Below are positions 23,771 to 37,150 of a stretch of 60,000 nucleotides of DNA, one piece after another. Both the position numbers and the translations under genes were made by a program. The stretch is from Lama glama (Eukaryota): assembly GCA_028534125.1 (NCBI GenBank), contig CM052818.1:38256001-38316000 (forward strand), in the 5' to 3' direction. Under the pieces are notes generated by a model. That model did not search any database. It was not told the origin of the DNA and was given only the letters and a program-made list of their open reading frames with translations. Positions within the stretch are counted from its first letter, which is position 1; each line of letters starts with the position of its first letter.

Positions 23771-25900
23771 CTTGTGATCTTCTGCTCTCATACCCTCCCC
23801 TTTGTGCTGCTAATTATTAAGAGTCCATGTTGCTCTGGGTTTACACCAAAGGCAAAAATCCCTTTGCTCAAAAATCTACAACCTTAAACTCATCAAGATA
23901 AAGAGGGCAAGCAAAACTGATAATAGGTAAAAGGGCAAATTAAAATGGTTTCTGTGCATTAATGCTTATTTAGATTTAGAAGATACCAGTGCAGACCTAT
24001 TTCACACGGACAGAGAGGCAAATGATAAATTGTGGGTAAGACTCTGAAATGGAGACAGATGTTAACACAACACCCAAGGCATGTTATGTGATGCTCAGTG
24101 CTGCTAGACTGTGGCCAGAGACTCTGTCTGCCTTGCTCACCACTGCAACCCAGTGAAATAGTTGTTGAAAAAATGGATTTTAATTGTAAAAGCCACATAT
24201 AATTGGTAAAAATCAAACTGATGACTCCATTGAGTTTGAAATATCTTTTTCCTCAATACCACATTGATTATGTATATCTTCTGAAACAAGCGATTTATGG
24301 ATGAAGGATGAACAGACTTAGCTAGGGCACCTCTCACAAGGTCAACCATGTGTCTGGGTGGAGCACTGGGGGAGTATGGAGCTGAATAAGGAACGGCTAT
24401 AGAGTGACAAACCAACAGGGAGCTAGATGGCTCCTCCCTGCAGGACCTTCACAAGTCTTTCTTTCCTGCAACTTGATTTCCTTTCCTGTGAATCTGGGAT
24501 AGTCATACTTACCTTGTGAGGCTGACATGAAAGGTGAAGGAAATAACATTTTTGAAATCGCATTTCTCTCAACAGATGCTCATAAATATTAGCTTTATTA
24601 TTTATTTTATAAAACATGACTCCTTTCGTTGGCGAGCTCAGCAGTTGGCAGGAGAGATAAGCACATACCTACATAAACCGAAACGTAATTCGGGTGGGAT
24701 CCGAGCCTCCAGGGCAGAGGAGCAGGCACCTCCCCAGAGGGGCTGTGCTGAGATTCGGAAGCAGTGTGCAGCACTGCGGTGGCGCCAACCACCTCCCGGG
24801 GTGTCCTTTCTCCTGTCTGTCCCAGGCTGGGCTGATGAGCTGCCCTCTGCTACTGCTTCCAATTTCTTAGGTGGGAAGTATAAAATATTCCATGTGAAAC
24901 CAACAGAAGCCTTTCTAATATCTCCATTTTTATTATATTAGTGAGTCTCCCTTTGAAATATAATTTTGTCTACAGCAATAAGGCCAAACTAAGAAGTCAC
25001 ATCATTAAATAAGATTTGGTGCTCTGACTCTTCAGGTGATTTCTTTTGAAGTTTATCTCCTTAGCAATCTATCTTTTCTCCTACTCCCTCCCCACAACGC
25101 ATCCCTCCCCCCAGCTTCCCCTCCTGGGCCAGATGCCTGGCCTTGAGAAAAATATGAAGCACCCTCTGCACCCCAGACTCCATCTGCCTCGTCTTCTCTG
25201 TTAGGAAAGCACCAGGCAGAAGAGAGAGCTTGTGCAAAAGCCACAGCCCCCCTCCAGCAGGACCAGCACTCTGCAGCCCTGCCTTCTCTGATTCTTTAGA
25301 CTGAAATGTGCCCCCCATATCACAAATACCACCCCTTCCTGGCCTCCAGCTACCCAAGTCCACACCCCACCTTTGCTTAATGGATCTCTATTCATCTTTC
25401 AAGACAGAACTTGTCACCTGTTCTAAGAAACTGTCCCGAATTCCTTCTGGGAGATGTTATTCATTTTGGCCAGTCTTTACCAGCCTATGGGTACAAACTA
25501 GTGATATTCACAGCAATGTCTAATATTTTGTTTCCTCACACCACCACCTACATGATGTAAAAATCCGGCCTCCTGCCAAGTATTCCCACCAAGACTTTCC
25601 AGATGTTCCTCACGCAGTATCTCACAGCGCCTCATATATGCTCTTGGGTAAGTCTACCCTAGAGGGAATTTCATCTCCACCTTTACCTTGGACAGCATTT
25701 CCATTGTTTCCATCAAGCTCCAGGGCATTTCCCCTGAGAGCTGTGGTCCCCCAGGGTCACATGTTGCTCCTGCGGACCCTACAGCCTCTGTCCTGCTCTG
25801 GAGACACTGCAATCTCCACCAGCACTTGTTCACTCCCCTCCTGTCCCACGTACCTCTGTTGATGGATTTGAACAATGTTCCCAGAGTAGACTCCCAAGAG

Positions 25901-26342
25901 CAGTGTTCTTCAGAACGCCAAATGTGCGCCACAGATTTTTTTTTTTTTAACTGCTGGATTCCCTAATGAAATAAATCGAGGGAATCTAAATTGTTGTTTT
26001 TCACTGTGTGGGCCTCTTAGACCAGCAGTAGCAGCATTACTTGATAGCTTCTTAAAAATGCATAAACTCAGCCCCAACCCAGACCCAAATTTTAACAAAA
26101 TCCCCAGGTGAATCACACACACACTAAAGTCTGAGAAGCACTGCTCTAAATTAAACAAAATTAAACATGTTTCTTTATGAAAATCCCTCAGAGCCTTTAA
26201 TATGCTTGTATGGATTATAAACTAAAAGAGGCACATAAAGCATGCACGGGTAGGGTTTCGCGCTACATACTTTGAAAATTCACATATTGGAACTTTACTG
26301 TGCCCAGCTATCCTGTGGTCTGAGACTGCCTGGGAGACATGA
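25901..26342. mobile_element. MER103C-like hAT-Charlie element, interrupted by MER5A
   Basis: ttaaacaaaattaaacatgtttcttta...ctcagagcctttaatatgct is characteristic of MER103C; the left terminus begins cagtgttc. Confidence 0.7.
25992..26143 (+). mobile_element. MER5A-like hAT MITE
   Basis: gaccagcagtagcagcattac...aaaatgcataaactcagccccaacccagacc...ttttaacaaaatccccaggtgaatc...ctaaagtctgagaagcactg, flanked by atctaaat and ctctaaat. Confidence 0.85.
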
Positions 26343-26369
26343 TCTCTCACTCTGTTGGTTACTTCTGTT

Positions 26370-26525
26370 AGTAGTGTGCTGGTAAATATTCACTAACCAT
26401 CTTTCCACGGGACAAAATAACCTTATTTTCTTGTCAATGTCCATGGTGTAAATATTCCTGCCATGGGCAATTTCAAGATATGGGCAGTCAGCTCTTAAGA
26501 CCTAGTAGGAGTGGCTTGAGGACTC
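26370..26525. mobile_element. MER63-like hAT-Blackjack element
   Basis: gtagtgtgctggtaaatatt and tccatggtgtaaatattcctgccatgggcaatttcaag. Confidence 0.7.
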
Positions 26526-28279
26526 TGTTATTTAGGGACAGTCTGGCTGTGCTGCTTGCAACACGATGATTTATCTCGTCTGTTTATACTTCTGTCCTCC
26601 ACTCATCCTTTAGTGACAGATGCCAGACTATACTCAGAATTATCCTTCCTACCATGACTAAGATTTTCATAGTAGGGCAACCTCACTGTGCCATTTCCTC
26701 ACTCAGCCCTTCTCCCAGAATGAGTTCTTCCATGAAGTTCCTTATTCTCCCAATAGATTTCTGGAGTACCAAGCCCACCACATCTGTCAAGTTTGACTAA
26801 GGCTGAGAGACACACACACAGAGTTGGAGCTCCCCCAGCACCACCTTGGGGTTCATGACAGCACAGCTTTGGTACATAGTGTTCCAAGTTCCTTCAGGGT
26901 AGAGACTATATGAATCCACTTTATATCCTTGGTGTCCAGAAACTGGCACATGGTAGGTGCTTAAAAATGTTAATAAATGCAAGACCACAGGTTCATGGTA
27001 TAACCTGAACTCTTACCCTCCCTAATCCTAAAGCTCACTCCCTACACACACAGTGTTGCTGCTCTAGGCCACTATGGCCAATTAAAGAAAGCAGAGGTGG
27101 TGCTTCCTCACTCCTGGCTACCTGAAGACTACCCAAGACTTTCCCAGCAGGTTGTGTGGGGAGTCAAGCACAGCCGTGGGATACATATAATAAAAATGGA
27201 AAAGTTCATTTCCCTTTTCATCACTACCCACTTGGAAAAGTCTTCTGATTCTAGCTGGCTTGATTTCTTTTTCTTCTGAAACATTTAGCATCTCCCTCTC
27301 TGTGGGCTTTTTAAGTTGCCTTCACTGCAAAGTCTGCGTATAAAGCATTGTTCCAGGACAGAGAACCAAGCAGACGGAGGAAAATTAAACAGGGAAAAGC
27401 TCTGAAGGGCTGGGATAGCTCCTATGAGGCAAATGGTCTGTTTCCCAGCAGAGCTTCGTAAACTCAGTAAAGCTAGAGTGTTTCAGGGATCTGAGATCAA
27501 CCACAGAGACCGAAGAATGCTGGCCTATCTAGGAGGGCCACAGAAAGGCCAGCTCCCTGCAGTGAGAGCACTGGACCTCAGCAGCTGCCTCAACACCAGG
27601 ACTCCTGCGCTGCCTTCTGCATCTCCCGGAGGGCTCGGGCTTACAGACGGAGCACTGAGCTAAGCCTCAGTTATGTGCCTACATAAGAATCTACATATCA
27701 AGAACTTCCACCAGATCCAGAAAATGATTAGATGGAGAGGGGCTGGGGATCCTTGGCCACAATACTGTGTCATCAGAGATCAAGGGGGTGGTTTACCCTG
27801 TGGGTTTTTTCTTACATCCTCTCAGCCATGCCTCCTCAACTTTGTGGGCCATAAGGGGTCCACTCTTAATTGCCATTACAGCTATCATTCAACACATATT
27901 TGCTGAGCACGTGCCATGGGCCAGACCCCCCAAGCTACACTGAGATGAGTAAGAGTCAGACTCATCCCATAGAGAGCTAGAGTGGGAAGTGGCATGGCCA
28001 GGTTAGCACACGAAGTCACAGGGTGGGGATAAAAATGTAGACTTCTGGACTCCCAACCCAGGGTTCTTTCTTCACAGATTGCTCTTGGGATGTGCCCCTT
28101 GTATAACTGGTCATGTTTATTAGTTCTCTTTGCATGTACATCATTTTGGATCTTCCATAGCCTCTCCTAACAGCCCAAATAGATGTAATTCAACTTACAA
28201 AGTATATCTGCTAATTCCAGACTTTTATGAAACTAAAACTGGAATTATGTCACCACCTTCTTTTTTACAAGAAGGGAAA

Positions 28280-28480
28280 CTTTCATTCATTCACTCAATA
28301 AATACATATTAAGTACCTACCATGTGCCCAGTATTATCCTAGGTACTTGGGAACAGTAGTGGGGAAGAAAAATGAATCTCTGTCTCTTGGTGTTTATACT
28401 GTAACAAGTATAGATAGAAACAAACAATACACTTAATTTAAAAGAAGAGTGCACATAATGTCAGAAGGGGATAAGCACTA
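28280..28480 (-). mobile_element. L2 3' tail
   Basis: ttcattcattcactcaataaatacatattaagtacctaccatgtgcccagtattatcctaggtacttggg. Confidence 0.8.
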
Positions 28481-28749
28481 CGGTTTTACTTTTGTCATCT
28501 GCCCACCTCATCCAATCATCCAGCAATCTGCTTTCAAAGGAACTTTGAAAAATGCAAATCTCACCACAGCACTCCTCTGATTCAAATCCTTCAGTTGTTC
28601 CCATCATGTTCAGGATAAAACTCGTGACTCTGACTCCTGCTTAACACTTCATTAGAAGACACAGAGCATCATGGTGCTCTTCTCTAAGGAAGGCACTTTT
28701 CTCCCCCTCCTGACAGGATTTATATGATTCTGTTTAATATTAGAGCTTA

Positions 28750-30553
28750 AGAACTATAAAAACATTGATCAAGGAAATCAAAGATGACTTAAAGAATGGA
28801 AAGATATCCCATGCTCTTGGTATTGGAAGAATTAATATTGTTTAAATGGCCATGTTACCCAAAGCACTCTACAGATTTAATGTGATCCCTGTCAAATTAC
28901 CTAGGACATTTCTCACAGAAGTAAAACAAACAAATAACCCTAAAATTTATATGGAATCACAAAAGACCCAGAACTGCCAAAGCAATCCTGAGGAAAAAGA
29001 ACAAAACTGCAGGAATAAACATCCCAGACTTCAGACAATACTACAAAGCTAGCGTAATCAAAACAGCATCATATTGGCAGAAAAAGAGACATGGATCAAT
29101 GAAACAGAATAGAAAGCCCAGAAATAAACCCACACACCTGTGGTCATTTAATCTTCAACGAAGGAGACAAGAATATACAAGGGAGAAAAGACGGTCTCTT
29201 TGGCAAGTGGTGTTGGGAAAACTGGACAGCTGCACATAAACCAATGAAGTTAGAGCACTCCCTCATACCATATACAAAAATCAACTCAAAATGGATTAAA
29301 GACTTAGATAAAGGACAGGACACCATTAAACCCCTAGAAGAGAACACAGGCAAAACATTCTCGACATAAATCATAGCAATGTTTTCCTAGGTCAGTCTCC
29401 CAAGGCAATAGAAATAAAAGCAAAAATAAGCAAATGGGACCTAATTAAACATAAGCTTTTGCATAGAAAAGGAAACTATAAACAAAACAAAAAACAGTCC
29501 ACAAAGACAAAAAGACTGGGAGAAGATATTTGCAAACAATACAACTCACAATGAATTAATTTCCAGGATATATAAACAGCTCGTACAACTCAACAACAAC
29601 AACAACAAAAAAACAGCCCAATCCAAAAATGGGCAGAAGACCTAAAACCTAAACAGACATTTCTCCAATGAAGACATACAGATGGCCAATCGGCACATGA
29701 AAAATGCTCGATATCACTAATTATCAGAGAAATGCAAATCAAAACTACAATGAGGTATCACCTCAACACCGGTCAGAATGGCCGTCATTCAAAAATCCAA
29801 AAATGACAAATGCTGGAGAGGCTGTGGAGAAAAGGGAACCTTCTTACAGTGTTGGTGGGAATGTAATTTGGAATAGCCCCTATGGAGGACAGTACGGAGA
29901 TCCTTAAAATACTACAGATAAAATTACCATACATCACAGCCATCCTACTCCTGGGCATATTATCTGGAGAAAACTAATTTAAAAAGATACATCCACCCCA
30001 ATGTTCATAGCACCACTATTACAATAGCCAAGACATGGGAACAACCTAAATGTCCATTGACAGATGATTGGATAAAGAAGTTGTTGTAGAATTATACGAT
30101 GGAATACTACTTAGCCATAAAAAAGAATGAAATAATGCCATCTGCAGCAATGTGGAGAGACCTAGAGATTATCATACTAGATGAAGTCAGACAGAAAGAC
30201 AAGTATCATATGATATCACTTATATGTGGAATCTAAAAAAAAGACATAAATGAACTTAATTACAAAACCAAAACAGGCTTATAAACTTAGAAAACCAATT
30301 TATGGTTACCAAAGGAAAAAGGGAGGAGGGATAAATTAGGAGTTTAGGGTTTGCAATACTAACCACTATATATAAAATAGGTATACAACTAAATACACAA
30401 CAAGGTCTTACTATACAGCACACGGAACTACACTCAGTATCTTGTAATAACCTAGAATGAAAAAGAATATATGTATATATAACTGAGTCACTATGTTGTA
30501 CACCAGAAACTAACACAACATTAGAAATCAGCTACATTTCAATTAAAAAAAAA
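28750..30553 (+). mobile_element. Young lineage-specific L1, 5'-truncated ~1.8 kb (disrupted ORF2 3' part, 3' UTR, polyA)
   Basis: ORF2 peptides such as MAMLPKALYRFNVIPVKLPRTFLTE (28846). Complete 3' UTR ending ctgagtcactatgttgtacaccagaaactaacacaacattagaaatcagctacatttcaattaaaaaaaaa. Frameshifts and stops are present. Confidence 0.97.
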
Positions 30554-30721
30554 TAGCTTGCCACCTTAAGGAATATTCTTTAAGGGGATTATAGCAATGG
30601 GCATAAAAAAATGCCCTGAACATTCTTATTGCATCGAATATGTATTTGCTACATATGTACTACATAATAATCATCAGTATAATGATATTTCCTATACCAA
30701 GCTCAATACTTTAAAAAGTAT

Positions 30722-31108
30722 TCTCGCAGGTCAGATTAGCTGGGAAGCAGACTCTGAGACAGAGATTGGCATACAGGAAATATATTAGGCAGTGCTCTCA
30801 GGACCAGTTATGTGGGGGAAGGAAAGGAAGCAGCTGTGGAGAAAGGGAAAATTTGGCTGTAATGCAATCACAACAAAAGCCACATCTGGCCCCACAGGGA
30901 AATCTGAAGCCAAATCTTTCAGAACTGCCCCAGTCAGGGTGAGACGGTTGGCCTTTATGCCCCTGCAATGACCAGTCCTTGGAGGCACCCCCTAAGGGAA
31001 GGGGGATCTCCACAGTAGAGGATTCCCGGAGAGGGCTGACAGCTGAAGGCTGGAAGCTGTGGGGAATAAATCCTCAGTCCTGAGCAACAGAATTCTGCGT
31101 TTACTACA
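30722..31108 (-). mobile_element. ERVL LTR (LTR16C-like), 3' LTR of a relic provirus
   Basis: ctgggaagcagactctgagacagagattggcatacagg...gtgctctcagg...ggcctttatgcccc...gaccagtccttgga...attcccggagagggctgacagctg...ctgtggggaataaatcctcagtcctga...actaca. Confidence 0.8.
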
Positions 31109-32465
31109 GATTCCTTCATGTAGGTTCTGAGATCAGCTCCCTCCAGGATTCTTGGGGGCTATTTTTCCTGGAGTAAACTTACAAAAGGAATGACAGTGGG
31201 ACAAATTAGAGCCTTTGTTGCTTCCGCTGGTCTTCAGGTGCTATGAATCGTCCCCCTCCCTTGCTACATAATCTAGAAGCCCTTTGCCCTCAGCTAGCAC
31301 TCTGCTATCTGAGTGGCATGACTCAGACCCTCCTCCCTAAGGGGTATGAGCTTCAGGTCATCATGCCTCTCTTAGGACATGGCTGCTATACAGTATTTGT
31401 ACACAAATATACATTTACTATTAAAATTAGGCAAAGGAGGGCAAAGTAGACCCAAATGCAAAACACATTTTCCCTTGTCCTCTGTGTAACAGCAGCCCTG
31501 CCTCCTCCTGATTCATCAAGTTCAAGCATCCCTGGCATCATAGTAACTCCTCTCCTTGCCGCTGTCTCCTGGCACAGGGAGCAAAAAATGCCTGGGCAGC
31601 AGCTGAAGCTCGACGTTCAATGGAACCCTTGTTCAGTCCCCCAGTGCAAGCTTGTCTCCTTTGGGAATCAGGATCTCTAAATCTACAGAGCCCAGAGTTG
31701 TGGGCACAAGAAGCACTAATTCCCCCGAATAGTTTTCTGGAATTGATGGGCCTTTCCTTCTCCTCCCTCTTGGTTCCCAGACCCTTGTGTTTTCCCTACT
31801 GGAGACACAGCACCGATTTGCCACTCTGACTAGAGTTTTACCCATGTTCCTTCTGAACACCATGCCCTAGACTCTACGATATGGTGATCTTATCACATTA
31901 CTATTAGTGAACCTACTTCTCTAAATTCTCCAACTCCCAGCCATCGTCTTTAGAGAGAGCTACCACTGAGTTCTGGGAGACACTGGTCCCCTTTTTTCTA
32001 GTACATCTCTTACTGCTTTGAGAAGTGGAGCATCCTCTGGGTCCTCCCACTAAATATAACCAGCTGGTGAGTTCTCCAGCTTTACATGGTACATTGTATT
32101 CTAGCATGCTCTAGACTTTTGATCCACCATCTGCACAACACTTCTGGCATTCTTGCCAACTTAAGTCATCACTTTCTCCATGCTTCTAAGAGCTATCCTA
32201 AGAGCCAACATGTTAGCACCATCTCCTGGGGGTCTCTCCAATTTGTTAAACCTTGTATCACAGAAGAGTGTGTCTATACCAAGAAGTTCTCCCTCATCCA
32301 ACTTTATGTTCCATCCCCCTGATTCAGCACCTTCAGAGTCCACTCCCATATGTATGTTACTTTCCTGGTTCCTCTGGGTGTATAATGCATCTTACATTTG
32401 GTATAATCTCCATAGTCCCTCTGAACTTCCTTGGCCAGTTTTACCAGACTTTGGAAGCAAATAGT
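31109..32465 (-). mobile_element. ERVL internal region (ERV3-16A3_I-like) with decayed gag and dUTPase
   Basis: Minus-strand peptides: GGWNIKLDEGELLGIDTLFCDTRFNKLERPPGDGANML (ERVL gag-like, ~32190-32320). ELVLLVPTTLGSVDLEILIPKG followed, after a frameshift, by RVPLNVELQLLPRHF...GVTMMPG...AGLLLH (ERVL dUTPase-like, ~31480-31730). Confidence 0.8.
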
Positions 32466-32656
32466 AGATGAAGTCTGCCTCCAAAACGGGGAGGGTCAGC
32501 AACCTAGGGGGAGAGGGCTCTTTTCAGCCAAGGGCAATGCCTGGAAAAAGCTAACAGCTGGGGGCTGTCAAACAGCAGAACTCCCATCCCTCGGAGAATT
32601 AAGTTCTTCCATGGTGAAGGGGCTAGTTCTCAGGGGCACAATCCAATACCACCGCA
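32466..32656 (-). mobile_element. Partial 5' LTR (LTR16C-like)
   Basis: ggctcttttcagccaagggcaatgcctggaaaaagctaacagctgggggctgtca...actccca parallels the right end of the LTR at 30722-31108. Confidence 0.7.
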
Positions 32657-35600
32657 AGTGCTCTCCCAGCGTTCTCCTCTATGCCTGGATATAAGACGTC
32701 CTGGAGAGTGAGACCTGCCCCAGGAGGTTAATTCTCGGCAGCAAGAGATCTAACATGTATAAACCTTCTCTAAGGAGAAATTTTGTTATCAGATTATTAC
32801 AACAGGAAGAGACTTTAGGCTCCATCCTTGTATCATGATGAAGGAGCTAATGCTTGGAGGTCAGATGACTTGCCCAAAACTCACAGATGGTTGTGGCTGA
32901 GACTAGACTGTGGATTAATCATCCATCCTGCTCTAGAGATCTCCTCCCAGCAGCTCTCATCTTCAGTGTGTCCTTCTGTACCCTCCATGTAATTTCAGAG
33001 TGATGACATCTTGAGACAAAGACTCCTGGGGTCCCAAATCTCCACACAGTAAACTGCTTACACCAGTGGTGAGGAGGGATTAACTTACCCATCAGCATGC
33101 TTCTCACCAATGGCCCGAGTACTGCATGCAAGTCTGACAGCCCAACCAACTGTGTCAATGCTGGACCCTGGCAGCAAGGTGCTGGCTAACTGTCTTGCAA
33201 GGACAAGCTTTCCAGCAAAAGTAGGAAGGAACTTGACCCTCTCCAATCTCCTCACTTGATAGGGGCAAAGGATTTGTCCTAAATCACACTGTGAGAACTG
33301 AGGACAAAATGAGAGCTGGAAAAGGTAAAGTTCTTTCCTCCAGGAATTAACTAATTGCTGGAGGCAACACATCAAATGTCTGTAATGGGAAACTAGGAAC
33401 ATAAGAGTAGAGATGGCACACTGAAGCACACCTGCAGGTAGAACCCAAATGCTGTTTCCTGCCAGCTAAGAGCCCGCTGCCGGGCAGATTAACAGCTGCT
33501 GATGGTGTCCTACAAGATGGGAAGTGCTTCCCACTGACTCTGTGCCAAGGAGTGTGTGTACGTGCATGCATGTGTGCATGCACGCACGCAAGTATGCAAC
33601 CATCAGCTGCCCAGAGCTGTTCTCTTCCCTGGGTCACTAGTCTCATTCTCTCATATATAAGCCAGCCCCCAGTAGCCATCCACAGCAATGTCCAGACTCC
33701 TTTACTTCATGTTTCCCAAGAACAGAAGGCTCCTTCAGGGTGACCTTGCAGGTTTGGATTATCACACTTTAGGAACAAGTATGACACACTTGTAGGAAAC
33801 ATGAGTACACAGACGGAGCTTGCTCAGGTGTGGGTCCCCGGGATGCGGGAAGATCTGAAACCAAGATCGTGATGGAGACCTGGGTCTAGGGTGGGTCAAG
33901 GGTGCTGGTTTCAGTTCTCTGAGGAGTAGCTATGGAGACCCTTACATGTCTCCAAAGGGCATGAGCTGGAGTTCCAGGCAGGCAGCTCTCAGAGCTTCTT
34001 AACATGTGGCTTCCTGATGCCTAGAGCTATTTAGTTACACTGAATGCCATAATCTGTTCTTGGAAGTAAGAAGTGAGTTTCTCAGCCCTTCAGATGTTCA
34101 GCAAACCAAATGTCAGTAACATTATCAGTGGGGTTTCTAAATTGGGAGGGAATTTTCAAGAGGTGGAGGCTAAGGTGCCTGCCAAAGAGATTCCTTAGTG
34201 CTGGCTGACATAATGAAGAAGCAGAGGGCAGATAAATAATACAAGCCTCTTCAGACTCCCGCTATTATCAACAGAATATTCTTCTCGATCTCTGACCTGT
34301 GACTGGCATCCACCTGGGCAGCATTGAGCTGACACTCAGTCGTCTACACCCCTGCTTACAAACCCCAGGAATCATGACTTCAACCCCATCAAAACGTTGT
34401 GGCAGTGCCCCTGGCTATCAACTTCCCTTCTTATGACCCAGAAAGTACCCCCAGAGTCATCAACATTTCTCCAACTTTAGATGTGTTCATTTGTCAATTT
34501 AACATGAATTTCAATGGCCACTATGTTCTCCCCTCTCTCACACAATACCCTGCGACTTGAGCTAATAAAACAGAGAATTCAGAGGCCATATTTCAAGAGA
34601 ATAATGCATCCAGGCTTCTGCTGACAGTGTTCATTTTAAGCACTAGATGTTTATGAAGAAAAGAGCTGATCACTTGGGAATATTCCAGAGTCTAATGACC
34701 CCCTGTTAGGCAGTCTCAGGGGGAAAGTGGATTCAACCAAGAACTCAAGCCACTCTTACTCCCACTTGTCACTTGCTGGGAAATTACCTTACAGGGAGAA
34801 AAAAAAAAAAGATCCGTTACTCCTAAACATTAAGGTAAATCAAACAAAAAACTCATTAATTAAAGCACTGGGGAAAGATATGTTGCTGGTAGTTTGAAAA
34901 CTAGGTTTATGAGGGAGGGATAAAGGGAGACAGGTGACCTAAATCAGAGTCTGCAGACAGCTAAATCCCCAGTGCCTACAGATGGCTCACTCCACAGCCA
35001 GTGCTGTGGTGTTGAGAGCTGAGCTAAGCTCCTCCGTGGAACTGCTGCCTAGGCATTTGTTTTGCTTGGCCAGGTAGGCTGCAGGGGCCTTAAACTGACA
35101 CGAGCCCCTCATGCAAGCATACGCCCTAGAGAGCAGCCACAGAGGCACAAGTAAATGGACGTGCCCTACGGGCATTCCCCAATAGCCCTGTGATCTACAG
35201 TCCCCCTGCCTCTTGGCCCAGCTTGTTTGCTTCATGCAACCCCATGGGACTCACCAAAAGCTCACCTTTTTGGTTTGAATTGATCAATCCAGCCCTAGCT
35301 CAGGAATCCCAAAGCACTCCGTCCACGGACCCTCATAAGGGCACGTGCCCCAGGCCCTGCTTCTCTGCCCGTCCGCACTCTGCCCTCATCTCCCCGCGTG
35401 GGGCCGCTCAGTGTGCTGGCTACTTCCTCCAGGACTCGGGAGGAATCAACCTCTCTATTCCATGTTGTCTTTCAGTCTGTTGTTGAACTGTTGCTCACCA
35501 TCCAGTACCTTGTGCTCCACTTAACAAACGTTAATTTAACTGAGTCATAACCCTTGGGCAAGGGGCTGGAAGCAAGTCACCTGCAGCTCAGGGTTCCTGG

Positions 35601-36939
35601 GCCCAGAAGACAAGAAGCGTCTACCACTCAGCCCAGCCCCCAGTTTTACAGAAATATGGCTGCTTCTTAGAGTCATAAAGCACTATGTGAAGGACCCTAA
35701 GAAGCTGAGAGCAAGTCCCTCATTTGACAAATAAGGAAACCGCTTCGAGTGGGATGACATCTTGCCAGCATTCCTACGGGAGTAATTGGCAGAACACGAC
35801 TGGATCCCATTCTATCAGACCCGAGGTCAGCATGTTTAATCCATCATACCACAGCATCTCTCTAAGTGCTGCTCTGGGTAAAGCTGACAATTTAGACAGC
35901 ATTCTAAGGTAACACCACAATTACCTGTATCTGTCACCCTTGTACCTCCCTTTCCTTGACCCTTTCCCACAAACAGGATCTGCTCTGCCTTCCAGCAGCT
36001 TCCATGTTCCCTGCAGCCCTGCCCAGGCCAACTCTTCCATGGGGGGCTGGCCATTACCCCTCTCCAGTCTTCACCCAAATATATTTCTTGAAGGGGATAG
36101 ACCTAACCAGGTGATTCTAATAAATCTCACTAAGGTAGGAGCTTTTCTGAGCTTAAACTTCCCCCAAACTTGTTAACACAAATGTATCTCTGTAGGTGAA
36201 ACACAGAACGACTGTGGAGCAGGGGCACTTGGGACTTGTTGGACTTGGGGACAACTGGCCCTTGCCAGTCCCCACACTACTCCCCAGTCGCAGGGGTGTG
36301 ACCTTTCAGATTTCTCTTCCACCGTTCAGAGCATCACTGCCAAGACTAGCGCCACCAAACAAGAACTGTGACTAAGAAAGGGGCCCTTGGAAGCCAGCGT
36401 CTGCCATCCCCATCACTGCCTGGGTGGAGCCAGGAGCCAAGGAGAAGGAGCAATCGACTCTCCCTCCACAGCAGTCATGTCTAGAAAAGAAAAAATGTCA
36501 TTACTGCCCGTGAGGGAGCATAATGACCCAAATTATGGCCTGCCAGATGAGACAGCACCTGCCCCAGGGAGGCCACTGCAGCAAGCACAGCTCACAGAGC
36601 AGGTGGGAAAGAGAAATGTGCTCCCGGACAGCCCCGGGGAGCGGGGACGTGGGCTTCGGACTCCAGCTGCAGGCTCCTGCTCTCACACTCCAAGGCTGTG
36701 CAAAGTCCCCCGGGCCTCCTGTGGGTGGCATCAGGGCACCTGGAGCTGGGCCAGGGAGGGATCAGAAGCAGTCACACACACAGGCTACCCTTCAAACAAG
36801 GCCAGGGAACCAGTAACCAACCTCTCGACCAGAATCCTTAAAGACTCCTTTTTTTTTTCAATAGATTTTAATTTTGTGGAATTTTTATGAAGGATAAAAT
36901 CATATAAAATCCCTGCTTCCCCAGGTGATGACGGGTGGA

Positions 36940-37150
36940 TACGGTTAAAATCGCACTCACACTGGGGTCAGATGGGGATGAGTCCCAGACCCAGTTTTAT
37001 TACTGGGAAGACTCAGGCAGCGTATTTCCCTCTCTGGGCCTCATCTGGGCCTCTCTTAATATGACTTCATACAATGACTCTGAGGACTGGGCCTTCATTC
37101 ATTCAAACAGAACATATTGAGCATCCATTCTATGCTGGCGCATACTCCAG
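36940..37150. mobile_element. MIR fragment (+) abutting an L2 tail (-)
   Basis: ggggtcagatggggatgagtcccagaccc...tttccctctctgggcctca, then ttcattcattcaaacagaacatattgagcatccattctatgc. Confidence 0.6.

Noticed and set aside
33085..33175. Strong minus-strand donor (tgg|gtaagt) with a short open frame upstream
   Set aside because: Weak acceptor and unrecognised peptide; isolated donors are common by chance.
33552..33597. Inverted repeat cgtgcatgca-tgtg-tgcatgcacg (hairpin or miRNA-like)
   Set aside because: A by-product of an alternating purine-pyrimidine low-complexity tract, and too short for a pre-miRNA.
36387..36890. 167-aa ORF
   Set aside because: No recognisable homology or convincing splice architecture; GC-rich chance ORF.
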